Source of the DNA: Dictyostelium discoideum
Lineage: Eukaryota
Length of the DNA: 64,000 bases
Reading direction: 5' to 3'
NCBI GenBank assembly: GCA_000004695.1
Contig: CM000154.2
Location: 2,240,001-2,304,000 of the forward strand
In this document: positions 62,813-64,000 of the stretch, one piece after another
Layout: each line of letters starts with the position of its first letter
Position numbering within the stretch: position 1 is the first letter of the stretch
Translations under genes and position numbers: made by a program
The notes under the pieces: generated by a model
The model's input: the letters and a program-made list of their open reading frames with translations, nothing else
The model's database searches: none
Told to the model about the DNA's origin: nothing

Positions 62813-64000
62813 TTAGTATTTAGAAGGTGAAGAGGATCTTCTTCTATACCCTCTGCTTCTACTTCTACTTCTGCTTCTACTTTTACTTTTATTCAAACTC
62901 CTACTTCTACTTCGACTTCTACTATAATCTCTAACTCGTCTATTTCTACTTCTACTTCTGCTTCTACTTCTACTTCTACTTAAACTTTTATTTATTCTTT
63001 TATTGTTATTTGAGTTTCTTCCAAAACTTCTACTTCTGCTTCTACTTCTACTTCCACTTTTACCTCTACTTCTACTTCTTGTTCTACTTCTACTATAGTT
63101 TCTTCTTCTTGGACTATAATCTCTATCAATTGATCTATTATTATTATTATTATTATTATTGTTGTTATTATAATGATCTCTATTATATCTACCACCTCCA
63201 CTATTTCTTCCACCACTTGAAATTCTATATCTATTATCTCTATTATCTCTAACATCTCTCATATCTCTACTACTACCACTACCACCTCTATAACTACTAC
63301 TACCACTAGAAGTGGTAGTAGTTCTTCTTTGATCAATTCCTCTTGATTTAAAAGATTGACTTGAAGAAGGTTTTGGATTTAAATATCTTACAGTTACAAT
63401 TTGACCATCGATTCTACCACCATCCATATATCTTTTTGCTTTATCTCTTTCATCTTTTTGATGAAAATACAATAAAGCATAACCCATTGGTTGATCAATT
63501 TCTTTGTCCCATAAGAAATCAATATCTTTTATTGAACCGAAATTTTCAAATATCTCTTGTAAATGGTCTTTATTAACATTGGGTGTTAATCTATCAACTC
63601 TAATTGGTGATAAACTATATGATCTTGGTGGTGGTGGTGGTGGTGGTGGTAAAGTTGATCTTGATCATACTTCTAGATCTTGATCTAGAATGTGAATTTC
63701 TTGGACGATTATTATTGTTGTGATGATGATGATGATGATGATGATGATGTTGTTGTTGTTGGTGATGATATTGCTTTTTTGGAGGTGGTGATCTACGTCT
63801 TGGTGAACGTGATCTTGATAATTGTCTTCTGTATGGTGATGGTGATCTCGCTCTAATTGGTGAACGTGATCTTGATAATTGTCTTCTTGATGATGATGAT
63901 GATGATGAATGTAATGGCGACCTTCTACTACTACCAACACCACCACCACCACCTCTATAATTACTTTCTCTATAGGGTGAGCTACTTTTTTTATCATTAT
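62813..64000 (-). CDS. rnps1: RNPS1-like SR protein, 5'-partial: N-terminal RS region (continues past the window end), RRM, C-terminal RS domain. An apparent frame change lies between the RS region and the RRM at ~63618-63664
   Basis: Frame A (63664 to 62813): SRSTLPPPPPPPPRSYSLSPIRVDRLTPNVNKDHLQEIFENFGSIKDIDFLWDKEIDQPMGYALLYFHQKDERDKAKRYMDGGRIDGQIVTV.... Human RNPS1 has KVHIGRLTRNVTKDHIMEIFSTYGKIKMID...KGYAYVEFENPDEAEKALKHMDGGQIDGQEITA. A long RS-dipeptide tail follows. Upstream, the RS-type sequence (..RSRSPIRARSPSPYRRQLSRSRSPRRRSPPPKK..(H)n..NNNNRPRNSHSRSRSRS) is in a different frame that terminates at TAG 63615-63617. Frame A has TGA at 63665-63667. Confidence 0.6.

Overview
This window is AT-rich (~75-80% A+T) eukaryotic nuclear DNA with the hallmarks of Dictyostelium discoideum: long A/T homopolymer intergenic tracts, (AAT)n/(CAA)n coding repeats giving poly-Asn/Gln/Thr/Ser proteins, and short AT-rich GTAAGT...AG introns. 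It is not prokaryotic, so there are no operons or CRISPR arrays. I resolve about 22 protein-coding genes on both strands, most by splicing the track ORFs together.

Among the genes recognised by family (ribosomal protein S7e, E2-S, IST1, maspardin, UFC1, a biotin-protein ligase-like gene, RNPS1-like) are:
- an N-domain-less mitochondrial ClpB/Hsp78 with a 36-nt micro-exon;
- a Pyk3-like tandem pseudokinase/kinase TKL protein;
- a GAS2-like CH+GAR protein;
- an Ariadne-type RBR E3 ligase with a 1300-aa low-complexity extension;
- a protein combining a SAM domain with a trypsin-like protease fold;
- a secreted/GPI-type Cys-rich protein;
- a ~1565-aa N-rich beta-helix-like protein with a Cys-rich module and ~9 TM helices;
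- a FNIP-repeat protein;
- an N/T-rich protein with a divergent forkhead-like domain.

Non-coding content:
- a tRNA-Ala(AGC) gene with a downstream ex-B box, and a 5'-truncated, poly(A)-terminated TRE3-type non-LTR retrotransposon inserted right behind it;
- a canonical box C/D snoRNA candidate (minus strand, 9621-9724) with a DUSE-like ACCCATAA promoter element upstream, inside an unusually long 4.1-kb intergenic region;
- a GC-richer ~160-bp island (28.26-28.42 kb) with SRP-RNA Alu-domain-like motifs, flanked by short direct repeats.

Anomalies worth re-checking:
- a 32-nt frame-restoring GT..AG segment in the large membrane-protein gene;
- a frame change between the RS region and the RRM of the RNPS1-like gene;
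- an unresolved exon structure for the gene at 47.96-50.49 kb.

The ORF track treats ATG, GTG and TTG as starts, so several track ORFs begin inside exons. My reading at 62.04 kb is one nucleotide longer than the 216-nt track ORF (61880..62095) allows, so coordinates I derived by hand may be off by 1 in places.
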